The notes under the pieces: model-generated
The model's input: only the letters and a program-made list of their open reading frames with translations
The model's database searches: none
Told to the model about the DNA's origin: nothing
Position numbers and translations under genes: made by a program
Shown: one piece after another, positions 41,304-51,154 of the stretch
Numbering within the stretch: position 1 is the first letter of the stretch
How the letters are laid out: every line of letters starts with the position of its first letter
DNA from: an uncultured Planctomycetaceae bacterium
Lineage (GTDB): Bacteria > Planctomycetota > Planctomycetia > Isosphaerales > Isosphaeraceae
Direction: 5' to 3'
DNA: 64,000 bases
NCBI GenBank assembly: GCA_963833985.1
Contig: CAWIAD010000002.1
Location: 3,872,001 to 3,936,000, forward strand

Positions 41304-43445
41304 CTACTGCCCTGGTCTGGAACTCGTCTCGCCGACAGCGGGGAGGTCGTCGAACGGCTTCTCCGCCGGCGTGACGATGCTGTTGTCGTGCGCCAGAACG
41401 CCCAGGCCTCCCACGAAGAAGCTGTCGCCATCGATGACTTGCAGGTTGTACACGGGCTGGACAACGTCGGGCTCCACGGAGCTCACCGCGGCGACGCCGC
41501 CGAGGGTACGCAGGCGGTCGCCCGGCTTGAGCTCCCGGGTCATGGCCCATCCGTGGCCGGCCTTCCAGAAGCGGTGAATCGCGGTGGCGACGATGGTCTC
41601 CTTGCCCAGGACGATCCGGAACGTCGCGTTCGGCGGGTTGTGATAGGCAACCGCGACGGGCTCGTACTTGAGTGCTCCCGTGGCGGTGTTCTGGGTCAAC
41701 ACCACGTCGCCCTCGCGAACGTCCTCGATGGGCCGCACCCCATCCAGCGTGCGTACCGGCGTTCCGGCCGCGAAGCAGGAGTGGCCGACCCGGAAAACGG
41801 GGATGAGCTGGGAGGTGGTCGTCTCGGACACGATGGACGGCCCGGCCTGGGGCTGGTACGCGACCGGCACCTGCTCGACGATGGTCGGCGGCGGACTCTG
41901 GGGCGACATCGATGCTTGAACGGCGTATCCTTTGAGGTCGATGGCCCACCTGGCCCACGCCTCCTGATTGGCTCCCAGGTCCTGCCCGCTGAACTCCTTG
42001 AGGATGTCCCGCGCGCGATCGTTGGTCATGCCGGCCTGCGCATTGGCTGCCTCGATGCCCTGCACGTCGCGATACAGTTCCTGCTGCGCGACGATCGCCG
42101 AGTTCTGTGCATCGGCGATCATCTGACCGATGGGGATGGTGACGGCATCCTGCACCTGGGTGGCGATGGCCCCGGCCGACCAGCGTCCTGGCGGCGGAGT
42201 GGGAATGGCCTGGTTGGCGTTGTTTGCCATCTTCCGGCCAAGTGCCTTGCTCTCCGAGGCAGAGAGTCCCAGGTGCCCGAGCACGCCCGCCGCCTGCGCC
42301 GGATCAGCCCGCTGGTAGGACACGGGACCGATCGTGATATTCGTGTACGAGGAGAAGACGTGGCTGGCGACCAGCATCCCGCTGGCATCCGTGCTGATCT
42401 GGAACCCGGGCGGCAAGGACGGCGGGGCCATGGGCGTGTACAGCCGCTTGACGTTGGCTTCCCGCCCCTCGACCAGTAGCTCGCCCTGTGCGCCGGGGCC
42501 GGTCACCGGCTTGACCTTGTACTTGATCGGATCGCGCATGAACCCCACCAGCAGCTCGGCAAAGTCACGCGGATCGCGCTGGCGCAGCAGGAAGGCGGAT
42601 GACTGACGAGTCTCGGTCCAGGGGCTGTAGATGGCCAGGAAGGCAAGCGCCCGCGACGAGCCCGAGGCGTTGATCTGGCCGAGGATCTGCACCGCGGCCC
42701 GCTGCCGCGCGGCGTCCCCGCGCACGAAGATCATCCAGACCATCGGCACGGCACGCGGGTCGTTGATCTGCTCGAGCCAGCGCTCGGCTGTGGCGCGGCG
42801 GATTCGCTCCCGGGAAAAGAGGGCGTCGGCCAGATGCTCGAGCCGCGGTTTCCAGAGCCGGTTGGCGTGATGCTGAGCCTCGAACTCGGCGTGCTCGGCC
42901 GCGGCCTGCTCGGGCTTCACCCAGGCGCTGCCCTGCTTCTTGAAGCCCAATCGCCTCCAGGCCGCCTCGCGCCTCGGGTCCAGCACGACCACCCGGCGCA
43001 GGTGGATCACAGCCTGCTCCTTGAGTCCGTGCTCATCGCACCAGAGGGCGAGCCGCCAGCAATCGTCGGGCTTGTCGGCCGTGCGTGCCCGGCGCTCGAG
43101 ATACTCCTTGAGGATCGCCTGCCGGGCCGGATCATCCTGGGCCTGGCGGCTGACGGCGTCTGGCCGCAGCCACTTGCCGTGGTAGAGAACCAGTCCCAGC
43201 AGCCCCCGCGCCATTGTATTGGCCGGGTCGCTGAGCGTGGCCAGGGTGAGATGCTTGAACCGTTCGGCCCAGAGCCCATGCGCCTCGCACCAGAGCGCGA
43301 GCTTCACCTGGGCGCTGGCGTCATGTCCCGCCCTCGCCGCGGCCTCCTTGTAGGCTGCCGGACTGGGCTGTGCGCCATGACCCTCGTCGCCCTGTGGTTC
43401 ATCGGCGGACAGCAAGGCACACGCAAGAAGCAAGGCGGAAACCAT
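41304..43445 (-). CDS. Secreted protein with C-terminal PT-HINT/BIL-type Hint domain (copy 1)
   Basis: GGAGG RBS; signal peptide; paralog of the downstream gene; Hint S|CFAAGT (Cys at 41777)...TAIHRFW...VYNL...FFVG...AHDN. Confidence 0.87.
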   Translation of the reverse strand: MVSALLLACALLSADEPQGDEGHGAQPSPAAYKEAAARAGHDASAQVKLALWCEAHGLWAERFKHLTLATLSDPANTMARGLLGLVLYHGKWLRPDAVSRQAQDDPARQAILKEYLERRARTADKPDDCWRLALWCDEHGLKEQAVIHLRRVVVLDPRREAAWRRLGFKKQGSAWVKPEQAAAEHAEFEAQHHANRLWKPRLEHLADALFSRERIRRATAERWLEQINDPRAVPMVWMIFVRGDAARQRAAVQILGQINASGSSRALAFLAIYSPWTETRQSSAFLLRQRDPRDFAELLVGFMRDPIKYKVKPVTGPGAQGELLVEGREANVKRLYTPMAPPSLPPGFQISTDASGMLVASHVFSSYTNITIGPVSYQRADPAQAAGVLGHLGLSASESKALGRKMANNANQAIPTPPPGRWSAGAIATQVQDAVTIPIGQMIADAQNSAIVAQQELYRDVQGIEAANAQAGMTNDRARDILKEFSGQDLGANQEAWARWAIDLKGYAVQASMSPQSPPPTIVEQVPVAYQPQAGPSIVSETTTSQLIPVFRVGHSCFAAGTPVRTLDGVRPIEDVREGDVVLTQNTATGALKYEPVAVAYHNPPNATFRIVLGKETIVATAIHRFWKAGHGWAMTRELKPGDRLRTLGGVAAVSSVEPDVVQPVYNLQVIDGDSFFVGGLGVLAHDNSIVTPAEKPFDDLPAVGETSSRPGQ

Positions 43446-43961
43446 GACCGTGCCTCCAGGAGTCCTGACCAGGGCCGTGATGCCTCAACTCGCGGGCAGG
43501 TGTTGTGCCGGTCCGTTCCATGATGCGGCTGGATGGCACGCCCTCACCTTTGAGACTCTGCACTCGCTTCATTCTACGCACGAGCGCCTGTCCCGGCGGA
43601 ACAGGAAATCGCAATTTTCCGGTATGCCGGGCCGTGCACGGTCCACGGCCCTTGCACGGCGCACCGTCCTTGGGGAATCGACCGCTTTCCTTGTCCACAC
43701 AACGGCCGAGCATGGCAACCTCGGTGCCACCACCCTGAATCACGGCGGTCTTGAGATGCAATTCCTTCTGTTCCGCGAGGAGTCTCAGCGGAGAATAAGT
43801 GGAAGGATGAGATGCGAACTCAGGACGAGCCGGCGCGGTCGCGATACAGAACGACAGCCGGGCAGGCGGGCCTCACTGATGGCAAGGACGCCTGGGATGC
43901 GATAGGATCCAGGTGTGTCGAGGCGAGTTGGGCGGGCCGATCGACCGGGAGATGTCACGCC

Positions 43962-45176
43962 ATGAAATACGCCAGGCCGGTGCTCCTGCTCGTGGCGGCT
44001 TGGGTCGCATCCGACACTGCCGTAAGGGCAGAGGAGGCTCGCATGTCCAGTCTCGTCGAGGGCAACAGCCAGTTCGCGATTGACCTGTACGGCAGGTTAC
44101 GGAACGAGCCGGGGAACCTGTTCTTCTCTCCGGAAAGCATCTCCACCGCCCTCGCCATGACCTACGCCGGGGCGCGCGGGGAAACGGCCGGTCAGATGGC
44201 CAGCGTGCTGCACTTCCCCGCACCTCAGGACAATTTGCCAGTCGCGTTCGCGGAGTTGTTGCGAGCGCTCCAGCCAGAGGCGGAGCACGCCGGGTATCGG
44301 CTCGACCTGGCCAACCGGCTCTGGGGGCAGCAAGGGTACCACTTCCTGCCCGAATTCCTGGCGGTCACCCGCGACGACTTCCATGCCGAGTTGGCCGAGG
44401 TCGATTTCATCGCCCACACCGAGGACGCGCGCCAGGCCATGAACGCGTGGGTCGAGAAGCAGACCGAAAACAAGATCCAGGACCTGGTCACGCGCGGAGC
44501 GCTCACGCCGCAGAGCCGGCTGGTGCTCACCAATGCCATCTACTTCAAGGGCGCATGGACGAAGCCGTTCATGAAGGCGGCGACCCGCGACGAGCCGTTT
44601 CACCTTGCCGGCGGCAAGACCGTGAGCGCTCCGCTCATGCACAGGACCGACGAATACGCCTATGCGGCAATGGACGGCCTGAAAGTGCTGGGAATGCCCT
44701 ACGGCGACAGGAACGTCTCGATGATCGTGCTGCTGCCGGACGAGATGGACGGGTTGCCGGCCCTGGAGCAGAAGCTCAGCTATCCGAACCTGGTACGCTG
44801 GATGGGCCGGCTGCAACACAACAGGGTTCAGGTGTATCTGCCCCGGTTCAAGCAGACGTCGCAGTTCTCGCTCTCGGCGGAGCTGGCGGCCATGGGCATG
44901 CCCCTGGCGTTCGACGAGAAGCGAGCGGACTTCACGGGCATGAGCACCCAGGACCCGCTCTTCATCTCCGCCGTCCTGCACAAGGCGTTCGTGGACGTGA
45001 ACGAGGAGGGGACCGAAGCGGCCGCGGCGACCGCCGTGGTGATGAGTGCGCGGGCCGCGCTGGTCCGCTCCGAACCTGCGCTCTTCCGGGCCGACCACCC
45101 GTTCCTCTTCCTGATCGTGGACAACCGGACGAAGAGCATTCTGTTTCTGGGCCGGATGGTCAATCCGCAGGACTGA
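43962..45176 (+). CDS. Secreted serpin (serine protease inhibitor)
   Basis: NLFFSPESI, LTNAIYFKGAW, LPRFK, EEGTEAAAAT hinge, FRADHPFLFLI...LFLGR. Confidence 0.95.
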   Translation: MKYARPVLLLVAAWVASDTAVRAEEARMSSLVEGNSQFAIDLYGRLRNEPGNLFFSPESISTALAMTYAGARGETAGQMASVLHFPAPQDNLPVAFAELLRALQPEAEHAGYRLDLANRLWGQQGYHFLPEFLAVTRDDFHAELAEVDFIAHTEDARQAMNAWVEKQTENKIQDLVTRGALTPQSRLVLTNAIYFKGAWTKPFMKAATRDEPFHLAGGKTVSAPLMHRTDEYAYAAMDGLKVLGMPYGDRNVSMIVLLPDEMDGLPALEQKLSYPNLVRWMGRLQHNRVQVYLPRFKQTSQFSLSAELAAMGMPLAFDEKRADFTGMSTQDPLFISAVLHKAFVDVNEEGTEAAAATAVVMSARAALVRSEPALFRADHPFLFLIVDNRTKSILFLGRMVNPQD

Positions 45177-45260
45177 AGCTGAGGAGAAGGCGGCCGATGT
45201 CATGGGCGAGCGGCACCGTCCGCCCTCGCCCGCGGGTCGCGGACAGGACTCGAGCCAGCG

Positions 45261-46034
45261 ATGGATCAACCCGAGGGCATCCCCCCGATCGTACTGAAAA
45301 CGGCCCAGCGCCTGATCATCATCCTGGGCGTCTGGATGATTCTGGCGACTTCATTCCTGTTCGTGATCGCCATGCTTTCCGGCAAGCCGGTGTTCCGCGC
45401 GGTCATCTGCATGGGAAGCTGCCTGGTCCTGTTCTGGAACATCCTGGGCGGAACGGTGATGTACCTGAGCCGCGACCGGGTCCGGCGGTTCGTGCTTGAC
45501 CTGCCCGGCCGTTGGTCCGTCAAGTTCGTCGTATTCTGCGTCCTCCTGGCTCTGGCCGAGGAAGCAATCACCACGAGGCTGACCAACATGGCACCTTTTT
45601 TCGGCGTGCCCATGGGTACGGCCTATGTCACGGCTTCCGCGAATTACCTGGACGTCGTCTGCTTTCACAGCGTGATCGTCTTCGTACCCTGGTTCATCGG
45701 CTGGGCGTGGATGCTCTCGCGCTGGGATTTTCATCCCACGTTCGTGTTCCTGCTCTTCGGGCTCACGGGGACCTTCGCCGAGACAGGATTCCTGCCCGGC
45801 AAGATCGGCGAGATTGGCATGTGGGTCTTTGTCTACGGGCTCATGATCTACCTGCCCGCCTACTCCCTGCCGGGCCGCTCACGTGCTCGACCCCCGCGCT
45901 GGTGGCACTATCCTCTGGCGGTCTTCCTGCCGTTTGCCTTCATGGTCCTGCTCTTGCCGTTCGGACTGATCAAACCTTACCTGCATCCCGATCCGCGGGA
46001 GATTCACTTCCCCCCCATTCTCCCCGATCCGTGA
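45261..46034 (+). CDS. Hypothetical polytopic membrane protein
   Basis: About 7 TMs, high-GC3 codon pattern. Confidence 0.75.
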   Translation: MDQPEGIPPIVLKTAQRLIIILGVWMILATSFLFVIAMLSGKPVFRAVICMGSCLVLFWNILGGTVMYLSRDRVRRFVLDLPGRWSVKFVVFCVLLALAEEAITTRLTNMAPFFGVPMGTAYVTASANYLDVVCFHSVIVFVPWFIGWAWMLSRWDFHPTFVFLLFGLTGTFAETGFLPGKIGEIGMWVFVYGLMIYLPAYSLPGRSRARPPRWWHYPLAVFLPFAFMVLLLPFGLIKPYLHPDPREIHFPPILPDP

Positions 46035-46043
46035 ACGATTCCC

Positions 46044-47588
46044 ATGACGACCCACGCCGAACGGGAAGAGCCGCCAGCGCCACGATCGCGATCCGGGTGC
46101 CGACGTCTGCTGATCTTCGGCGGCTGGGGTTGCGGGGGGACAGCGGCACTGCTGGCGCTGGGCGTCTGGGCCCTGTTCGGGCTTCTCGACCGTGTGCCAG
46201 CGAGCTATCCGCCGTCCGCACGCGTCATCGAGCCACCCGCCGCCGGCGAGTATGCCCGGTTCGGTCTGGATGGCTTCGAGTCGCCCTACCTGGGTCACAC
46301 AGGGAGCTGGGACGGCAAGGGCGGCGGGCTGTTCGGTGCTTCGAAGGTGCCCGACCTGGATTGGGAAGCGAGCATGGGCCTGCGCTGGACGTTCATGCCA
46401 GTGAACTGGAGCGCGCTGGAGCCGGATGACCCGGTCGAGCTGCGCGAGGCGGACCCGCTGCCGCCTGCCTGGGCCGAACTGGACGGGTTCTTCGTCGCGG
46501 CTCAGGAACGGGGACTCAATGTCCTGGTACAGGTCGTCATCGGCGGCAACGCGGGAGGACCGCCGCGCTGGGCGGGCCGGCGCGAGCCCGGGAAGTCGGC
46601 CCCGCGCGACATGGAGGCGGCCGCGGCGTTTGCTGGCAAGCTGGCGGCGCGGTACAGGCCGGGCGGCACGCTGGCGAGCCGCCAGGGCTGGGGCGAGCGT
46701 CATGGCGTCCGGGCCTGGGAGCTGGACAACGAGCCGAATGCCTACTTCACGCACTGGGGAGGCCAGGCGGGCGATTACGCCGAGTTTGCGACCCTGAGCG
46801 CCCGGCGGATCCGGCAGGAAGATCCGCGCGCCATGATCGTCCTGCCAGCGACCACGGGTGGGGGCGATGCGCAGGACTGGGTCCGGGCCGCGCTCGACGG
46901 TCCGGGCCTGGACGGGTCTCCGGAATACCGTCGCCAGGGCGTTCCCCATTCCATCGCACCGGTCGCTGATGCCGTCAGCTTCCACAATTACGAGGGAGCC
47001 GACTCCGTATTCGCGGGCGTTCCCCGCACCATCGAGCGGGTCTGTGACGAGATCCGCGAGAGCTTCGAGATGATGGAGTCTCGCGATCCGGCATTCTCCT
47101 TTCCACCGAAGCGAGAGTTCTGGCACACCGAGGGCAACTTCGACTTCATCGGTGCGCTCTCCGCCGAGCGCCGGGCCGGCTGGCGCATCCAGTTCTTCAC
47201 AAGGGCGTTCGCCGCGGGCGTCCGCAAGGTCTGTGTGATGGACGCATCGCGCCGCGATCATGCGGCCATCCAGGCCTATGTGGCGGCCCTGCCAGACCCT
47301 TTCCCGATGCTTCCCGCGGACACCGAGGTGACCGCGGTGCGGGGTCAGGTGCGCGCGTTCCGGCACCGCGAGCAGAAGGCGAGCGATGCGCGCTGTGTCT
47401 GGGTACTCTGGGCCGTGGCGGGTACGGGCGATGCGCAGGTCCGCTTGCCGGCATCAAGTCCGCAGGTTGCAGTGGTCCAGGTCGACGGTTCCCGCAGCGA
47501 ACTTCCGGCCGACGGTCAGCGCGTGACCATCGACCTGAAGGGCGATACGAAGATGGCTCCTCCGGTCCTGGTCATCGACCAGCCGTAG
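46044..47588 (+). CDS. Membrane-anchored clan GH-A glycoside hydrolase (GH39/GH5-like)
   Basis: WELDNEPN acid/base motif, SFHNY, FWHTEGN nucleophile motif; N-terminal TM. Confidence 0.7.
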   Translation: MTTHAEREEPPAPRSRSGCRRLLIFGGWGCGGTAALLALGVWALFGLLDRVPASYPPSARVIEPPAAGEYARFGLDGFESPYLGHTGSWDGKGGGLFGASKVPDLDWEASMGLRWTFMPVNWSALEPDDPVELREADPLPPAWAELDGFFVAAQERGLNVLVQVVIGGNAGGPPRWAGRREPGKSAPRDMEAAAAFAGKLAARYRPGGTLASRQGWGERHGVRAWELDNEPNAYFTHWGGQAGDYAEFATLSARRIRQEDPRAMIVLPATTGGGDAQDWVRAALDGPGLDGSPEYRRQGVPHSIAPVADAVSFHNYEGADSVFAGVPRTIERVCDEIRESFEMMESRDPAFSFPPKREFWHTEGNFDFIGALSAERRAGWRIQFFTRAFAAGVRKVCVMDASRRDHAAIQAYVAALPDPFPMLPADTEVTAVRGQVRAFRHREQKASDARCVWVLWAVAGTGDAQVRLPASSPQVAVVQVDGSRSELPADGQRVTIDLKGDTKMAPPVLVIDQP

Positions 47589-47722
47589 AACACGGAGGCT
47601 CGTCGGAACGGCCCGGTCCGGCTCCGCGCCAGCTTGCTCTTACTCCGCTGGCCCGGCTGTGTGATATCCTGGTACAGCACCACTCCGGCACTCCTGATTG
47701 TCTTCCTGACGGAGCGAATCGC

Positions 47723-48716
47723 ATGCCCCAGGAACCACGACTCGACCTCTGGGCCCTGGCGGACCTGAGCACGCCGTGGTGTCTTTTCGTGGTGGCAACG
47801 CTGCGGATCGCCGAGCACATCTCGGCGGGCACTACCGCGATCGACAAGCTGGCCGCGGCCTCGGGATGCCACGCGGATTCGATGCATCGGGTGCTGCGCC
47901 ACCTCGTGGGCAAGGGCCTGTTCGAGGAGCCGGAAGCAGGCCGGTTCGCGCTCGACGAGCCAGCGCGCGGCCTGCTCGACCCCGCGCTGCATCTGGTGCT
48001 CGATCTCGACGGGATAGGCGGCCGGATGGCCCACGCCTGGAGCAGCCTGCTCACCGCGGTGCGTACCGGCGCTCCGGCGTATCACACGGTTTTCGGGCGG
48101 ACATTCTGGGAGGACCTCGATTCTCACCCCCAGGTTGCCGCAAGCTTTGACGCCCTCATGGGCCCGGCCGGGCATGGCGTGCCGGACCCGGAAGTACTGA
48201 TACACGGCGACTGGAACGGCGTGCAAACCGTGGTCGATGTCGGCGGGGGGACCGGGACACTGCTGGCGGAGATCCTCCGCGCGCCCCGCGGTGCGAGGCA
48301 TCCTGGTGGACCGCGCCGCGACCGTGGCCCGCGTCGGCGCGACCTTCCAGTCGGCCGGAGTGGCCGATCGTGCCACCACCGTGGCACAAAGCTTCTTCGA
48401 CCCCTTGCCGCTGGGCGGCGATCTCTACCTTTTGAAGAACGTGCTCGGCGACTGGGCCGATGCCGAGGCGCAGGTGTTACTCAGCCGCTGTGCCGAGGCG
48501 GCACGCCCGGCCGGCCGCGTCATCGTGCTCGGCGGCGTCTCACCCGATGAGGACAGTCCGCCACCGCCCGAGCTGCTCATGCTTGTGCTTGTGGGCGGCA
48601 AGGGCCGGACGCTGGGCGAATTCCAGGCGCTGGCGCACTCTGCCGGACTCGAGGTGCACGCCACCGGCCGGCAGCCTTCGGGCCGGTTCGTCGTCGAGTG
48701 CCGTCCCGTGGTCTGA
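47723..48716 (+). CDS. SAM-dependent O-methyltransferase, Methyltransf_2 family (frameshift near 48283)
   Basis: Dimerisation wHTH; VVDVGGGTG; SFFDPLP..GDLYLLKNVLGDW in the second frame. Confidence 0.88.
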
Positions 48717-48719
48717 GCC

Positions 48720-50282
48720 CTACCGGCGAGGGCCGTGAGTTGTCGCGTTCGGACCGAAGCGGATGCTCAATCCCGCGTGGCCGGCGAAGCGGTCGCCGTA
48801 GATCCCGCGCACGATGGCCCAGTCGGCCAGGATGGACATCCCTGCCGCACAAACTCCGACAAGCAGCAGCCGGCCCCAGCGCGTGGCTTGGGGCGCAACG
48901 GCTGCCGCCGGATGTTCCCGCTCGGGAGCCGGGGCCAGCGTCAGGATGATGACGGCAAGCAGGAGCGCATTGATGTGAAGGACTCCTTCGGTCACCAGCC
49001 GCTGCTGCTTGAAACCGACGAGCGCGCGCTCGAAATTTCCCACGACCATGATGGCCAGCAGCAGCAGGAAGAGGCCTTGCCCGCGGCCGAGCGGATTCTC
49101 AGGAACCACGGCAAGCGGCCTGCGCTGGTGGCGGGCCATGAGAATTGCCAGTGCGAAGGCCACGGCGATGGCAGCCAGGTCGAACCAGCCCCGGGCCCGA
49201 AGGCCGTACATGGCCTCTGGCATGGCGCCCACGCGGGTCCACTCGGCCACATTCTTGCTGAGGTTGAGATAAGGGATGACCAGGAGCACGAAGCTGGTCG
49301 CGAGCATCACATCAGTGTGGGGACTGCGCTCCGCAGGCAACTCGAGGGGCTCGAGCGGTTTGACCCTTCGCGCCAGGCCGCGCATTGCCACGGCGATGCC
49401 GATGCCGTTGAATAGCCCGGTGGTCTGCTCCAGGATACTGTGCCAGTTGGTTTCGTAACCGCTGGTCACCTCGACAAGCTTCAGCATGGAGGCGGCCGCG
49501 AAGCCGATGCCGCCGATGAAGCCGGAAACGAGCGCGGCACGAGCCACCTCAGCCAGACCCCCGCGCAGGCAATAAACCAGGGCGCCGGCGGTCATGCCCA
49601 GGCAGCCCGCCCAGTTGTCTCCTCGTGGCGGCGTCATGCGCAGGCCGACGCCAAGGACGAGCAGTCCGAAGCCGGCCCACCAGCCGATGGCCAGGTGCAG
49701 GACCAGCGACGTTGACCGGTCCACGCCCCGGCGGAGGACGACCAGCATCAGGCCCGCCACGATCGCCAGTAGCGCGGCGAGCCAGTCGGTATCGTACCAG
49801 TCGAGCGTGTATCCGCGAGCGCGCAGCCAGGGCTCGATGGCCACGCCCTGAAGCCACCAGAGCAGAAAGACGAGTCCCAGCGGGGCGAACAGCTCGGCCA
49901 CGCGCGCTCGCCCGGCAACGGCGGCAAGTGCCGTTCCTGCGCCGCCCAGGGCGGCCCACAGGAAGCCGATCACGAACAGGCAGGCGAAGCCATAGAGGAC
50001 CGACGGCGAGTGGCCCGAGTGGGTATAGGCCACGACCTGCATGTAGGAGATGCTGCCGCCGAAAGACCACCCCAGGGCGCCGAACATCGCAAAGAACGGC
50101 AGGTCGCGGAGCCAGTCGCCTCGTGCTGAGAAAAGGACGGCCGTCATCGCCGCGAGCGCGCCGGGGATCATCGCACCGTACTCGTGGCCGAAGTTGCCCC
50201 GGATCCCCCAGCCAATCGACAGCGCCAGCGCCGTGGCCGCGTCGTCTGCGAACCAGGCGCGGGGTGCACGCGTCGCGTTCAC
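48720..50282 (-). CDS. Conserved-looking polytopic membrane protein of unknown function
   Basis: GTG 50282 right after the upstream stop; SIGWGIRGNFGHEYGAMIPGAL, FGGSISYMQ, NWHSILEQ; >12 TMs. Confidence 0.75.
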   Translation of the reverse strand: MNATRAPRAWFADDAATALALSIGWGIRGNFGHEYGAMIPGALAAMTAVLFSARGDWLRDLPFFAMFGALGWSFGGSISYMQVVAYTHSGHSPSVLYGFACLFVIGFLWAALGGAGTALAAVAGRARVAELFAPLGLVFLLWWLQGVAIEPWLRARGYTLDWYDTDWLAALLAIVAGLMLVVLRRGVDRSTSLVLHLAIGWWAGFGLLVLGVGLRMTPPRGDNWAGCLGMTAGALVYCLRGGLAEVARAALVSGFIGGIGFAAASMLKLVEVTSGYETNWHSILEQTTGLFNGIGIAVAMRGLARRVKPLEPLELPAERSPHTDVMLATSFVLLVIPYLNLSKNVAEWTRVGAMPEAMYGLRARGWFDLAAIAVAFALAILMARHQRRPLAVVPENPLGRGQGLFLLLLAIMVVGNFERALVGFKQQRLVTEGVLHINALLLAVIILTLAPAPEREHPAAAVAPQATRWGRLLLVGVCAAGMSILADWAIVRGIYGDRFAGHAGLSIRFGPNATTHGPRR

Positions 50283-50283
50283 G

Positions 50284-51099
50284 TCAGCGCGTCTCCACCA
50301 GCTCGCGGACCCGCTCGAGCCCGCGGCGGACCACGACCTCGGGGTCGCACTCCCAGAGGTCGCGGTTGAAAAGCTCCAGTGAAAGCGGGCCGTGGTAGCC
50401 AATGGAGCGCAGGTTGGCGATGACCTTTGGCAAATCGGCGATGCCGTCGCCCACCATGACGCGGTCGAAATCGGTCTGGGTCAGCGGGTCGGGCACCGCG
50501 GGAACGTCGTTGATGTGGAAGTTCGCCAGGCGGTCGCCCGGAAGCTCCAGCAGGTCATCGATCGAGCCGCCCCCGCGGATCATGTGGAAGACGTCGGCCA
50601 CGACGGTGGCCTTCGCATCGCCCGTGCCGCTGGCGATCGCCCACGCGCTCTGCACGTTCTTGATACCGTCCACGAAGCCGAGGAACTCCATGGACGGGAT
50701 CACGCCGAAGAGGCGGCCCATGCCCAGCAGTTCGTTGAAACGGGCTGTCGCCCTGCTCAGGTCCACAGCTTCCTGGGGTGGGCTGGCGACGATGTAAGGG
50801 CTGCCAAGCTGGGCCGCCTGTTCCATCCGCCGGCAGCATTCGTCGCGCGCCCTTGCGTACTCATCCCCCTCGGTCGTGACCCAGCTATGCAGCGCGATCA
50901 CGCTGACCACCTTGAGTCCGGCGTCGCCGATCGCCTTCCTGAGCTCTGCCATCGTGCCGCCGTGCCTCAGGTACTCGTCGATCTCGTCGTTCCACGGCTC
51001 GATCGCCTGATACCCGGCCTTGCCGGCAACCCGGATCTTCTCCAGCAGCGGCGCCGGGCGAATCGTGCTGGTGTTGAGGCAGTAAACGAACTCGCTCAT
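50284..51099 (-). CDS. Sugar phosphate isomerase/epimerase (xylose-isomerase-like TIM barrel)
   Basis: LNTSTI, IEPW, MEFLG, DVFH, FHIND, RVMVGDG, SLELFN. Confidence 0.9.
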   Translation of the reverse strand: MSEFVYCLNTSTIRPAPLLEKIRVAGKAGYQAIEPWNDEIDEYLRHGGTMAELRKAIGDAGLKVVSVIALHSWVTTEGDEYARARDECCRRMEQAAQLGSPYIVASPPQEAVDLSRATARFNELLGMGRLFGVIPSMEFLGFVDGIKNVQSAWAIASGTGDAKATVVADVFHMIRGGGSIDDLLELPGDRLANFHINDVPAVPDPLTQTDFDRVMVGDGIADLPKVIANLRSIGYHGPLSLELFNRDLWECDPEVVVRRGLERVRELVETR

Positions 51100-51154
51100 G
51101 GGTGGATCTCCGCGAGAGGCGAGAGGGGATCGGTAGGTTCGACGGGCGATCCGG

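Noticed and set aside
39175..41958. 927-aa version of the second Hint protein
   Set aside because: The N-terminal 244 codons overlap the upstream paralog in another frame; the RBS and signal peptide point to ATG 41226.
39175..43445. Polymorphic toxin locus or classical intein
   Set aside because: Only ~25 aa follow the Hint, there is no toxin domain or small immunity gene, the terminal His-Asn is absent, there is no endonuclease, and the host is not a conserved housekeeping protein.
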